NCBI GenBank assembly: GCA_044345455.1
Contig: JBIJBA010000001.1
Coordinates: forward strand, 1 to 34,364
From: Rhodoluna sp.
GTDB lineage: Bacteria; Actinomycetota; Actinomycetes; Actinomycetales; Microbacteriaceae
DNA length: 34,364 bases
Direction of reading: 5' to 3'
The notes beneath the pieces are model-generated. The model had not been told where the DNA came from and did not search any database. It worked only from the letters and a program-made list of their open reading frames with translations. The position numbers and the translations under genes are program-made. Shown here in pieces: positions 1-8,477 of this stretch; position 1 is the first letter of the stretch, and every line of letters begins with the position of its first letter.

Positions 1-54
1 ACCGAATGTAACAAAAAAAATCTTTGGAGATCTTGCGCCAGCAACTTCAAACAT
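1..54 (-). CDS. Possible N-terminal fragment of a gene running off the left edge (MFEVAGARSPKIFFVTFG...)
   Basis: ATG at 54 on the minus strand is open to base 1, with an in-frame TAG just upstream. KIFFVTFG resembles the first beta-strand of glycosyltransferase-like proteins. Only 18 codons are visible. Confidence 0.3.
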   Translation of the reverse strand, partial: MFEVAGARSPKIFFVTFG

Positions 55-355
55 CTCATTAGCCTAACTAAATAACCGTAAACGCTGCAAGACCTAGAGC
101 ATAAAGTACTAGCTGCTGCACTAGTGAATCTTCACACCTCGGCTCCATGGGTTGCTCTTGTTTGGAAAATTTACGAATAGCACGGCCAAAAATTGGACTC
201 GCTAAGTTACATCGTGAGGTATTTATGGAATCTCAAAATAGAATAATCCACATAAATAAATTTTTTCCGTAGCCGATAAAATAATGAAAGTACTTTGTTC
301 ATTCCTTAACGAATCGCGCACCACTAGGCACTAAATTAGAACTTAACTAGATTTT

Positions 356-1180
356 ATGGGAGCATTAGAAAATTTGAAAAAAACTTTCTCGAGAATCCTT
401 CGAAGAGCTCACGTAGCCCTCTTACGATTACAAGCACCGTATTTTAATTCGAACTGGTCTTTCACTGATGTGATGCTAAACATCGAGAATGAAAACAGCC
501 GGTATCGTTACTTCCTTTGGTACTTTAAGACCACCGTGTCGCAAGAAGTAGTGGCGCACCGTAGGTTTTTTCAACAGTCCAATCGAGCTTTTGGAGAGGA
601 TGCTTTCCACGCAATGTGGGAAAAGCTTTTGACCGAGTTCAGGCCAATGTCACTCCTTGAAATTGGGGTTTATCGTGGGCAGACAATTTCCTTGTGGAAC
701 GTCCTCTCGCTTGGCAGAGGAGACGTTCCAGATATTTGGGGCGTTTCTCCGCTGGATTCGCGAAGTGATTTAGTCAGCGACTACGTTGATCTCGACTATG
801 AAAAGGATATCAACGAATCGTTTAGTTATCTCGGGTTGCAACAACCAAACCTCTTTAAGGGATTATCACAGGACCCTAGAACTGTAAAATTCCTTCGTGG
901 ACGACTTTGGGATCTGATATACATCGACGGATCGCATGATCTTCTTGACGTCCAAGCTGATGTTGCTCTCGCCGGAGAAATCCTCACGCCTGGGGGAATT
1001 TTAGTCTTGGACGATGCGTCTCTTTACTCTTCCTATCGACCGGAATCTTTCAGTTTTGCAGGCCACCCAGGGCCTTCAGCAGTAGCTGCACTCTTGAGGG
1101 CTGGAGTCGAGTTTGAGGAAATAGGAACCTGTGGCCATAATCGCGTGTTCATGAAATCCGAGACAAAAGGTTCTGTCTAG
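356..1180 (+). CDS. Class I SAM-dependent methyltransferase (Methyltransf_24-like), probably glycan-associated
   Basis: Motif I LLEIGVYRGQT, then DLIYIDGSH and LTPGGILVLDD, typical of this family. AT-rich upstream region. Start codon uncertain. Confidence 0.8.
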   Translation: MGALENLKKTFSRILRRAHVALLRLQAPYFNSNWSFTDVMLNIENENSRYRYFLWYFKTTVSQEVVAHRRFFQQSNRAFGEDAFHAMWEKLLTEFRPMSLLEIGVYRGQTISLWNVLSLGRGDVPDIWGVSPLDSRSDLVSDYVDLDYEKDINESFSYLGLQQPNLFKGLSQDPRTVKFLRGRLWDLIYIDGSHDLLDVQADVALAGEILTPGGILVLDDASLYSSYRPESFSFAGHPGPSAVAALLRAGVEFEEIGTCGHNRVFMKSETKGSV

Positions 1181-1232
1181 AGCCCCTTTCAGGATAGCAA
1201 CTTTGCCCTTGCTGAATTAAAGTTTGCTGCAG

Positions 1233-1529
1233 TTAGTAGCGCTCCTGCCGCAACACTTCAACATCTGCCACCCACACGCTAACAGCGTAGTTTGGGAAGT
1301 AGTCGGATTGTAATCTTTCAATTATCTTTTCTAATATGACCTGATCAGTGACAACCTCCAGGCGAATGTTGCCACCCTCAAGATCACCATTTCTTTGGTT
1401 TCTTGGACCTGTTCCGTGCGCGTCTGTCACGGTGTAGCCTTTAGCGCCAAGAGCTAGCAGATCCTTTATTAGCCTGGACTCAAGAGCGCCTTCGCAAACA
1501 ACGGTGAGCAGTTTTCTTTGGGAAAACAT
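1233..1529 (-). CDS. sbtB: PII-like signalling protein SbtB
   Basis: 98 aa with KLLTVVCE, LGAKGYTV, HGTG T-loop, NIRLEVV and VEVLR. ATG at 1529 overlaps the sbtA stop (TGATG), consistent with translational coupling. Confidence 0.85.
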   Translation of the reverse strand: MFSQRKLLTVVCEGALESRLIKDLLALGAKGYTVTDAHGTGPRNQRNGDLEGGNIRLEVVTDQVILEKIIERLQSDYFPNYAVSVWVADVEVLRQERY

Positions 1530-2500
1530 CAAATACCCAAACCTTCCATAAATTGACCAATTGCAAACATGATTGGGATTCCAAAAATCAAATTGAACGG
1601 GAATGTAATTGCAAGCGATGCTGTCAGGTAAACACCAGGACTAGCCTCCGGCAAAGCCAGCCTCACCGCGGCTGGAGCTGCAATATACGAAGCTGAGGCC
1701 GCAAGAACACCCAAGATTACGCTTCCTCCAAGGCTCAACCCGGTCAGCTCTCCCACCAAAACACCAAGAGAACCAGAAAGTATCGGGAACCCGATACTGA
1801 AGACAACTAGGCCGAAGCCGGCTTTCTTAACATCAGGCAGTCTTCTTCCTGCAACAATTCCCATTTCAAGTAAGAACAGCGCAAGAACACCAGTGAAAAG
1901 ACCACCGAAGAGCGGCTCAATTCTTTCGTAGCCGCTGGCACCGGTAGCAAAACCTAGAGCTAAACCACCGGCTAGTAAAACAATTGATTTAGAAGTAACT
2001 ATTTCTCTAAGGGATTCTCCCCAGTTCAAACCTCGGTTTAGACCTTTGGATGCCAAAAGTAAACCAACCACGATGCCCGGGACCTCAAGAATTGCAAGCA
2101 GGGTCGTGACGTAGCCCTCGTAAGAAATGTTTTGTGATTCGACGAAGATTAAAGCTGCGGAGAAGGTAACCAACGAGGTAGATCCGTAGTGCGCAGCAAG
2201 TGCGCCCTTATTCACAGTGTCTAGTTTGGTGAGTGTTCCTAAAACAAAGAATGCAAGTAGTGGAATGACTACACCCAGAGCTAAGGTTCCCAAGATCGGC
2301 AACCACACCTCGGTTAGGTTGGCTTCAGATAAGGCAACACCACCTTTGATACCTATGCCTAGCAGTAGGTAAATTGATAGTCCTTGATAGACCGACTCAG
2401 GAAGTCGGAGATCAGACTTGATTGCAACTGCAAGAAGCCCTAGAACAAAAGCCAAAACAGGCGCAGAGGTTGCGTTAGTTAGAGCTGCTTCTAGAAACAT
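1529..2500 (-). CDS. sbtA: Sodium-dependent bicarbonate transporter family permease SbtA (short ~320 aa type)
   Basis: About 10 hydrophobic segments. Family motifs KSDL, SIYLLLGIGIKGG, AAHYGSTSLVTF, FLLEMG, ASASYIAAPAA and SLAITFPFN. Coupled to a PII-like gene. Confidence 0.92.
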   Translation of the reverse strand: MFLEAALTNATSAPVLAFVLGLLAVAIKSDLRLPESVYQGLSIYLLLGIGIKGGVALSEANLTEVWLPILGTLALGVVIPLLAFFVLGTLTKLDTVNKGALAAHYGSTSLVTFSAALIFVESQNISYEGYVTTLLAILEVPGIVVGLLLASKGLNRGLNWGESLREIVTSKSIVLLAGGLALGFATGASGYERIEPLFGGLFTGVLALFLLEMGIVAGRRLPDVKKAGFGLVVFSIGFPILSGSLGVLVGELTGLSLGGSVILGVLAASASYIAAPAAVRLALPEASPGVYLTASLAITFPFNLIFGIPIMFAIGQFMEGLGI

Positions 2501-2542
2501 AGTTTTCTACCTTCAACAAACTAAAACGCTATTGCCGTTCGC

Positions 2543-2603
2543 ACCAGTTTACTTTGCTGGCTCATAAACCGGCTATCTATTGCTCACTTCGGAGCAACAG
2601 ACA
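2543..2603 (-). promoter_or_regulatory. Two adjacent RNA hairpins between the GT4 stop and the sbtA start (candidate cis-regulatory leader or terminator)
   Basis: Minus-strand stems UGUCUGUUGCUC/GAGCAAUAGAUA (12 bp, loop CGAAGU) and GCCGGUUUAU/GUAAACUGGU (10 bp, 11-nt loop). All five non-Watson-Crick positions are G.U on the minus strand. Confidence 0.55.
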
Positions 2604-2617
2604 TTCTGCGACAAAAA

Positions 2618-3811
2618 CTACCTTGCCTGCTTTTCTGTAATCAGTTGTTTGTAAGTTTCGATCATCTTTCCAGTTATAGCGCTCTGTAGTAACCAGGTTG
2701 GGTCCTCTAACAAGTCTCGTTTATTGCTTCCCTCGGAGATGTCTTCAGCTGCTTTCTTGATGGTCTTTGAAAGACTTTTGATGGTTCCGGCCTTATCAAG
2801 CCAATATGTCTTCTTCGGAAGCTCCCCTGCAATCTTTGGGTCACACAGCAAAACTGGCGTTCCAACAGCCAGTGATTCGTAAACAGTCAACCCTTGGGTC
2901 TCAAAGCCAATGCTGGTTTGCATAACCACATCGGCATTAGCAAAAATCTGAAGGAGTTCTGAATGGGGAACACGGCCTCGGAAGGTAACTCGCTTAGTAA
3001 GAAGTCTTGCTCGAACGAGATTCTTCGCAACCTTCTCGAGTGGACCAAAACCATAAATAGTTAGGTGCGCCTTGACTTTGGACCTAGCAAAAGCCTCGAT
3101 GGTTTGAATTAGCCTTTTCTCGGGTTGCATCCTTGCAGCCCAGACAAAGCTAATAGGTCTATTTGGAACCGGAACGCTTCTTTTGATCTGTTCAATCTCA
3201 TCATCATCTACACCTGTGAAGCTGGCCTCTACGTTAGTTGCGGCACCTTTTTCTTCTAGCAGCGCCGCGTAATGCTTTGAAGGAGCAATAACAAGATCTG
3301 CCTGGGGCAGAATAAATTCTGCATAGTCAAAAGCGTCTACGACTCTTGGACTCTTCTTGATCTTTAGAAAGTGACCGTATTGCCAGGTAAAGAACTTCAA
3401 AAACAAGATCTTCATGGGTTTTCCAATTAGCTTGTTGGCCATAACGTCTACGTTGGTGTGTTCGGTGTGAACAAGCGGTAAGTTGAATCTCGTTGCTAGA
3501 GCGGCTCCTAGGCTGGCAGCCGCAAAGTCCCCCTGAACATGGACAATATCGAAACTTCGCTCTTTGTAAACCTCTTCGCAGAATTTGGCAGCTTTTCGAA
3601 GTGACCAAACGTTGGAATACTCTCTGCCGATAGGTAGGTAGCTAGAAGGAAGAACTTTGATGTTTGGATCCACTCGGGCTTTTTTTGATTTGGGGGCAAA
3701 GATGGTCACCTCTACGCCAGAGCGGTTTAGGTACTTAGTCTGAAGCATCACTGAGGTTTGAACCCCGCCAAGAGAGTGCGGGTGTTGATCCATGAATAAT
3801 GCGACGTGCAA
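2618..3811 (-). CDS. Glycosyltransferase family 4 (GT-B), resembling diacylglycerol glycosyltransferases
   Basis: N-terminal VALFMDQHPHSLGGVQTSV, DIVHVQ, LVHTEHT, ARMQPEK, and the E-x7-E motif ETQGLTVYE followed by GTPV. TTG start. Confidence 0.88.
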   Translation of the reverse strand: MHVALFMDQHPHSLGGVQTSVMLQTKYLNRSGVEVTIFAPKSKKARVDPNIKVLPSSYLPIGREYSNVWSLRKAAKFCEEVYKERSFDIVHVQGDFAAASLGAALATRFNLPLVHTEHTNVDVMANKLIGKPMKILFLKFFTWQYGHFLKIKKSPRVVDAFDYAEFILPQADLVIAPSKHYAALLEEKGAATNVEASFTGVDDDEIEQIKRSVPVPNRPISFVWAARMQPEKRLIQTIEAFARSKVKAHLTIYGFGPLEKVAKNLVRARLLTKRVTFRGRVPHSELLQIFANADVVMQTSIGFETQGLTVYESLAVGTPVLLCDPKIAGELPKKTYWLDKAGTIKSLSKTIKKAAEDISEGSNKRDLLEDPTWLLQSAITGKMIETYKQLITEKQAR

Positions 3812-3867
3812 GAGGACCTATTTCTAGTGAGCTTTATTGGGCTAGATAAATCTACCCGCTTCGGACG

Positions 3868-3879
3868 TAGAATCGAGAC
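3868..3879 (+). promoter_or_regulatory. Probable -10 element of a leaderless transcript for the peroxidase gene
   Basis: TAGAAT at 3868-3873, then 6 nt, then ATG at 3880. No strong Shine-Dalgarno sequence. Confidence 0.6.
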
Positions 3880-4362
3880 ATGAGCATTCAAGAAACCGAA
3901 CTCACCATGCTAGATGGCACTGTCGCTAGCTTTTCCCAGTTTTCCGGAAAGGTCGTGCTGGTTGTCAACGTAGCTTCAAGGTGTGGCCTGGCTCCGCAAT
4001 ACGAAGCTCTGGAAGCGCTGCAACAAAAATATGGCAGCCGAGGCTTCACGGTTCTTGGAATGCCCTCCAATCAGTTTTTGCAGGAACTAAAGAAGTCAGA
4101 AGATATAGCAGAGTACTGCTCAACTACTTGGGGAGTGAGTTTTCCAATGACCGAGAAGGTAAAGGTCAATGGAAAAGATAGGCACCCGCTTTATAAGGAG
4201 CTAGTCAAGACCGAAGACCAGTCCGGTAAGGCAGGACCGGTAGCTTGGAACTTTGAAAAGTTCCTAATTCTTCCAAACGGCCAAGTTCACCGCTTTAGAC
4301 CAACCGTAAAGCCAGATTTTTCTGACATTATTTCGCTGATCGAAGCCAACTTACCTAACTAA
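3880..4362 (+). CDS. Glutathione peroxidase family (Cys-type, BtuE/Gpx-like) thiol peroxidase
   Basis: GKVVLVVNVASRCG (peroxidatic Cys), PSNQF..QE, KVKVNG...HPLY and WNFEKFLI. Confidence 0.93.
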   Translation: MSIQETELTMLDGTVASFSQFSGKVVLVVNVASRCGLAPQYEALEALQQKYGSRGFTVLGMPSNQFLQELKKSEDIAEYCSTTWGVSFPMTEKVKVNGKDRHPLYKELVKTEDQSGKAGPVAWNFEKFLILPNGQVHRFRPTVKPDFSDIISLIEANLPN

Positions 4363-4378
4363 TCTACTTAGGCAAAAA

Positions 4379-5164
4379 ATGAACGCGACTTCCAAAGTAA
4401 CTGTTGAGCAAAAAGGTCACGTGCTTCTAATTGGCCTAAATCGGCCCGAAAAACTAAACGCTGCTGATATGGAAATGCTGCAAGAGTTGGCGCTTGCTTA
4501 CGGCAAATTAGATTCTGATCCAGAACTTCGAGTTGGTCTTGTTTTTGCTCACGGTGATCACTTCACTGCCGGGTTAGATCTTGCAGATGTTGCACCAAGA
4601 CTAAACGCCGATGGTCTAGCAATGGTTCCTGAAGGTGGATTAGATCCCTGGGGTATTCAATCAAAACCGGTTTCAAAACCAGTTGTGATTGCAATTCAAG
4701 GCACTTGTTTCACTCTTGGTGTTGAGCTTGCACTAAACAGTGAAGTTATAATTGCTTCTGAGAACGCAAAGTTTGCCCAACTAGAAGTCGCACGCGGAAT
4801 TTTGCCTTTTGGTGGAGCCACAAAAAGAATGCCAAGAACTGCTGGTTGGGCAAACGCAATGAGATACCTACTCACCGGAGACTCTTTTGATGCAGCAACT
4901 GCTTTGCGTCTTGGAATTGTGAATGAAGTTGTTCCAGTTGGAGCCGAAAAAGATCGTGCATTCGAGATCGCAGAAAAGATTGCTGCCCAAGCACCGCTTG
5001 CCGTGCAGGCAACTTTGGCTTCCGCTAGATCGGCGCTCTTAGATGAAAGCGCTGAAGATGCCTTTATTGGGAAACGCCTTGCCAGGTTGGCGGCATCTAA
5101 AGACGCTAGGCGCGCGATGGAGGCCTATCTTTCTAGGTCGCCAGTTACTTTTGAAGGAAATTGA
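4379..5164 (+). CDS. Enoyl-CoA hydratase / crotonase family protein
   Basis: LNRPEKLNA, FTAGLDL, KPVVIAIQG, GVELAL and QLEVARGILPFGG; both catalytic Glu positions are present. Confidence 0.92.
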   Translation: MNATSKVTVEQKGHVLLIGLNRPEKLNAADMEMLQELALAYGKLDSDPELRVGLVFAHGDHFTAGLDLADVAPRLNADGLAMVPEGGLDPWGIQSKPVSKPVVIAIQGTCFTLGVELALNSEVIIASENAKFAQLEVARGILPFGGATKRMPRTAGWANAMRYLLTGDSFDAATALRLGIVNEVVPVGAEKDRAFEIAEKIAAQAPLAVQATLASARSALLDESAEDAFIGKRLARLAASKDARRAMEAYLSRSPVTFEGN

Positions 5165-5187
5165 CCTTCCAAAAAAACACCTAGTTT

Positions 5188-5206
5188 TTTGTATGATTCA
5201 TACAAA
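5188..5206. promoter_or_regulatory. Perfect 19-bp palindrome, candidate operator upstream of the beta-oxidation operon
   Basis: TTTGTATGA-T-TCATACAAA. The 1-nt centre fits a dimeric DNA-binding site better than an RNA hairpin. Confidence 0.55.
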
Positions 5207-5316
5207 GAAGCAATCCTTGGATTTACTGGGGTTGTAGCTAATTACAGACTTTCAAGACCCGCAAATTCAATGATTTCCGTGGTGCTTACAATCAAAGCAA
5301 CACGAAGGAGTGTGCG

Positions 5317-7287
5317 ATGCAAAGCGAAATATTGCCAAAGATAGACACCACCCTTGTCGGGGACATGCTGTTGGGGAAGTGGAAAGACATTCGTCTACAC
5401 ACCCGCCGAATTTGCGAGCAGCCCGAAATGTGGCAAATCCCAGGACTTACTCACCACGAACATCGTGAGCGCGTCTTCGGTCAACTAAAGATCTTGGTGG
5501 AAAACGGTTCCACCGCTTATGGCTTTCCCGCTATCGCAGGTGGAACCGCTGATCCAGGTGGGTCACTAACGGTATTCGAGGAACTAATTCTTGCTGACCC
5601 TTCACTGCAGATCAAATACGGAGTCCAGTGGGGACTCTTTGGCGCCGCGATTCTATATCTCGGCACAGATTCTCACCACGCAGAACTACTTCCTTCGGTA
5701 GTCACTTTAGAAACCCCAGGCTCATTTGCAATGACCGAAACCGGTCACGGTTCCGATGTTGCAAACATCGGGACGACCGCAACCTATGACGAGGCAACAC
5801 AGGAGTTTGTAATTCACACTCCATCTCGTCACGCTTGGAAGGATTACATCGGTAACGCTGCAATTCACGCTAAGGCAGCTGTTGTTTTTGCGCAGCTGAT
5901 TTCCAAAGGTGAAAACCACGGTGTTCACGCTTTCTATGTTCCTATTCGAGACAACAGTGGAAATTTCTTAGCAGGTGTTGGCGGTGACGACGATGGAGTA
6001 AAAGGCGGTCTAAACGGCGTTGATAACGGAAGACTACACTTCACAAACGTTCGAATTCCTAGAAAATGGTTACTGAACCGCTACGGCAATGTTGCAGAGG
6101 ATGGAACATACAGCTCTCCAATTGAATCCAAGGGTAGAAGATTCTTCACGATGCTCGGAACGCTAGTTCAGGGAAGAGTTTCAATCACTGGCGGTGTTAC
6201 AAACGCTCAGAAGGTTGCGTTAACAATTGCTATTCGTTATGCCCACGAAAGAACTCAGTTCCCATCTCAGGATGGATCAGAGCATGTTTTGATGGACTAC
6301 GGTCGCCACCAAAGAAGATTGCTTCCAGCGCTTGCTAGAACTTACGCCCAAGCATTTGCACATCTGGAACTTCTAGAACAGTTCGATGAAGTCTTTAGCG
6401 GTCGTAACGAAACAGATTCCACCAGACAGGATCTAGAAACTGTTGCTGCAGCCTCTAAGGCTCTTTCAACCTGGAATGCGCTGGACATCATTCAGGTGTG
6501 CCGCGAGGCAACCGGAGGTCAAGGTTTCATGGCTGAGCACCGCATGGTTGGTTTGCGAGCAGATCTAGATGTCTATGCAACCTTTGAAGGTGACAACAAC
6601 GTGCTTCTGCAGCTTGTTGCCAAGAGACTTTTAAGTGACTACTCCAAGGCATTCGCTTTACCTGATTTTGGAACATTAGCTCAGTATGTTGTTGAGCAAG
6701 TCGGTGAAGTTGCAATCAACCGCGGTGGTCTTCGCGGAATTGCTCAGAAGTTCACCGACTTTGGTTCAACTGCTAGATCAATTGGCTTTGTTCGCGAGGA
6801 AGAGCACCAGCATCAACTTCTTACCGATCGCGTCCACACGATGATTGCAAAGCTTGCCAATGAACTACGTCACTCTGGAAAGAAGGACCCTATTGAATCA
6901 GAGCGGTTGTTTAACCGTCACCAAAATGATTTGATCATGGCCGCTAAGGCTCACGGTGAACTAATTCAGTGGGAAGCATTCACTTCTGCCCTAAACAAGA
7001 TTCAGGACCCTCAAACCAAGAAGGTTTTGACTTGGCTACGTGACCTATTTGGTTTTACGCTGTTGGAAGAGAACCTTTCTTGGTACATGATCAACGGAAG
7101 ATTGAGCTCTCACCGCGCTGAGGCAATAACCGACTACATCGATGGCAGATTACTTGGAAGGCTAAAGCCACACTCCTTAGACTTAGTTGACTGCTTCGGC
7201 TTAACTGAGGGTCTAATAAGGAGTGACCTGGCCTTTGGAGCGGAAGCTAGAAGACGCGAATCACTAAAGAAGGAAGCGACCAAATAA
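5317..7287 (+). CDS. Acyl-CoA oxidase / dehydrogenase family protein with ACOX-type C-terminal domain
   Basis: FAMTETGHGSDV, KDYIGN, KGGLNGVDNG, CREATGGQG, TFEGDNNVL and a long helical C-terminus ending LVDCFGL. SD AAGGAG and upstream TACAAT. Confidence 0.9.
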   Translation: MQSEILPKIDTTLVGDMLLGKWKDIRLHTRRICEQPEMWQIPGLTHHEHRERVFGQLKILVENGSTAYGFPAIAGGTADPGGSLTVFEELILADPSLQIKYGVQWGLFGAAILYLGTDSHHAELLPSVVTLETPGSFAMTETGHGSDVANIGTTATYDEATQEFVIHTPSRHAWKDYIGNAAIHAKAAVVFAQLISKGENHGVHAFYVPIRDNSGNFLAGVGGDDDGVKGGLNGVDNGRLHFTNVRIPRKWLLNRYGNVAEDGTYSSPIESKGRRFFTMLGTLVQGRVSITGGVTNAQKVALTIAIRYAHERTQFPSQDGSEHVLMDYGRHQRRLLPALARTYAQAFAHLELLEQFDEVFSGRNETDSTRQDLETVAAASKALSTWNALDIIQVCREATGGQGFMAEHRMVGLRADLDVYATFEGDNNVLLQLVAKRLLSDYSKAFALPDFGTLAQYVVEQVGEVAINRGGLRGIAQKFTDFGSTARSIGFVREEEHQHQLLTDRVHTMIAKLANELRHSGKKDPIESERLFNRHQNDLIMAAKAHGELIQWEAFTSALNKIQDPQTKKVLTWLRDLFGFTLLEENLSWYMINGRLSSHRAEAITDYIDGRLLGRLKPHSLDLVDCFGLTEGLIRSDLAFGAEARRRESLKKEATK

Positions 7288-8477
7288 TGCAGAACACCTA
7301 CTTCGTTGATGGAGTCCGAACACCATTCGGTAAGGCCGGAGAAAAAGGTGTTTACTGGAACACTCGCGCTGATGATCTAGTGGTGAAGGCCATGATTGGT
7401 TTGCTAGATAGAAATCAATCGGTACCTAAAGATGCAATCGATGATGTTGCTATCGCTGCCACCACCCAGGTTGGCGACCAGGGTCTAACCATTGGCCGCA
7501 CGGCGGCCATTTTGGCAGGATTACCAAACACAGTTCCTGGCTTTGCCGTAGACCGGATGTGTGCTGGGGCAATGACTGCTGTCACGATGACCGGCTCCGC
7601 TATTGGCATTGGCGCCTACGACCTAGTTCTTGCAGGAGGCGTTGAGCACATGGGTAGACACCCTATGGGCTTCGATGCTGATCCAAACCCACGCTTTGTT
7701 GCGGAAAAACTAGTGAACCCAGACGCCCTAAACATGGGTAACACCGCAGAGAAGATTCACGATCGCTTCCCGGTTCTAACCAAAGAGCGCGCGGACGCAT
7801 ACGCTGTGCAGAGCCAGAAGCGCGCTGCAGCAGCCTACGAAAAGAATTACATCCAGCAAGACCTGGTACCTGTTTCTGCAACCACACCTGAAGGATTGCG
7901 CGTAGTCGATAGGGACGAATTACTTCGCCCAGATTCAACAGTTGAGGGCATGAAAGAATTAAAGACCCCTTTCCGCCCTAGCGGTAGGGTAACTGCCGGT
8001 AACGCATCTCCATTGACTGACGGCGCCACCATTTCGCTTTTGGCTGGCGACCAGGCAGTCAAGCAGTATGGACTGAAGCCACGCATGAAGATGGTGACAT
8101 TTGCTTTCGCAGGTGTTGAGCCAGAGATCATGGGAATCGGACCAATTCCTGCAACCGAGAAGGCTTTGAAAAAAGCTGGACTATCTATCTCCGACATTGG
8201 ACTATTTGAAATCAACGAGGCATTTGCGGTTCAGGTTCTTTCGTTCTTGGAGCACTTCAAGATTGCAGATGATGACGCAAGAGTAAACGCTTGGGGTGGA
8301 GCAATTGCTTTTGGTCACCCATTGGCATCAAGTGGTGTTCGACTAATGAACCAACTGTCCCGTCAGTTTGAGATGCGACCAGATGTTCGTTATGGAATCA
8401 CTACCATGTGCATCGGTCTTGGTATGGGTGGAACCGTCATCTGGGAAAACGAGAATTACGACGGAAAGAATAGCTAA
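7287..8477 (+). CDS. fadA: Acetyl-CoA C-acyltransferase (3-ketoacyl-CoA thiolase)
   Basis: RTPFGK, DRMCAGA (nucleophilic Cys), EINEAFA, GHPLASSG and MCIGLGMG. TAATG coupling to both neighbours. Confidence 0.93.
   Translation: MQNTYFVDGVRTPFGKAGEKGVYWNTRADDLVVKAMIGLLDRNQSVPKDAIDDVAIAATTQVGDQGLTIGRTAAILAGLPNTVPGFAVDRMCAGAMTAVTMTGSAIGIGAYDLVLAGGVEHMGRHPMGFDADPNPRFVAEKLVNPDALNMGNTAEKIHDRFPVLTKERADAYAVQSQKRAAAAYEKNYIQQDLVPVSATTPEGLRVVDRDELLRPDSTVEGMKELKTPFRPSGRVTAGNASPLTDGATISLLAGDQAVKQYGLKPRMKMVTFAFAGVEPEIMGIGPIPATEKALKKAGLSISDIGLFEINEAFAVQVLSFLEHFKIADDDARVNAWGGAIAFGHPLASSGVRLMNQLSRQFEMRPDVRYGITTMCIGLGMGGTVIWENENYDGKNS

Noticed and set aside
1196-1228. Weak inverted repeat between the convergent methyltransferase and sbtB genes
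   Set aside because: The AT-rich bulged stem with a long loop is too weak to call a terminator.
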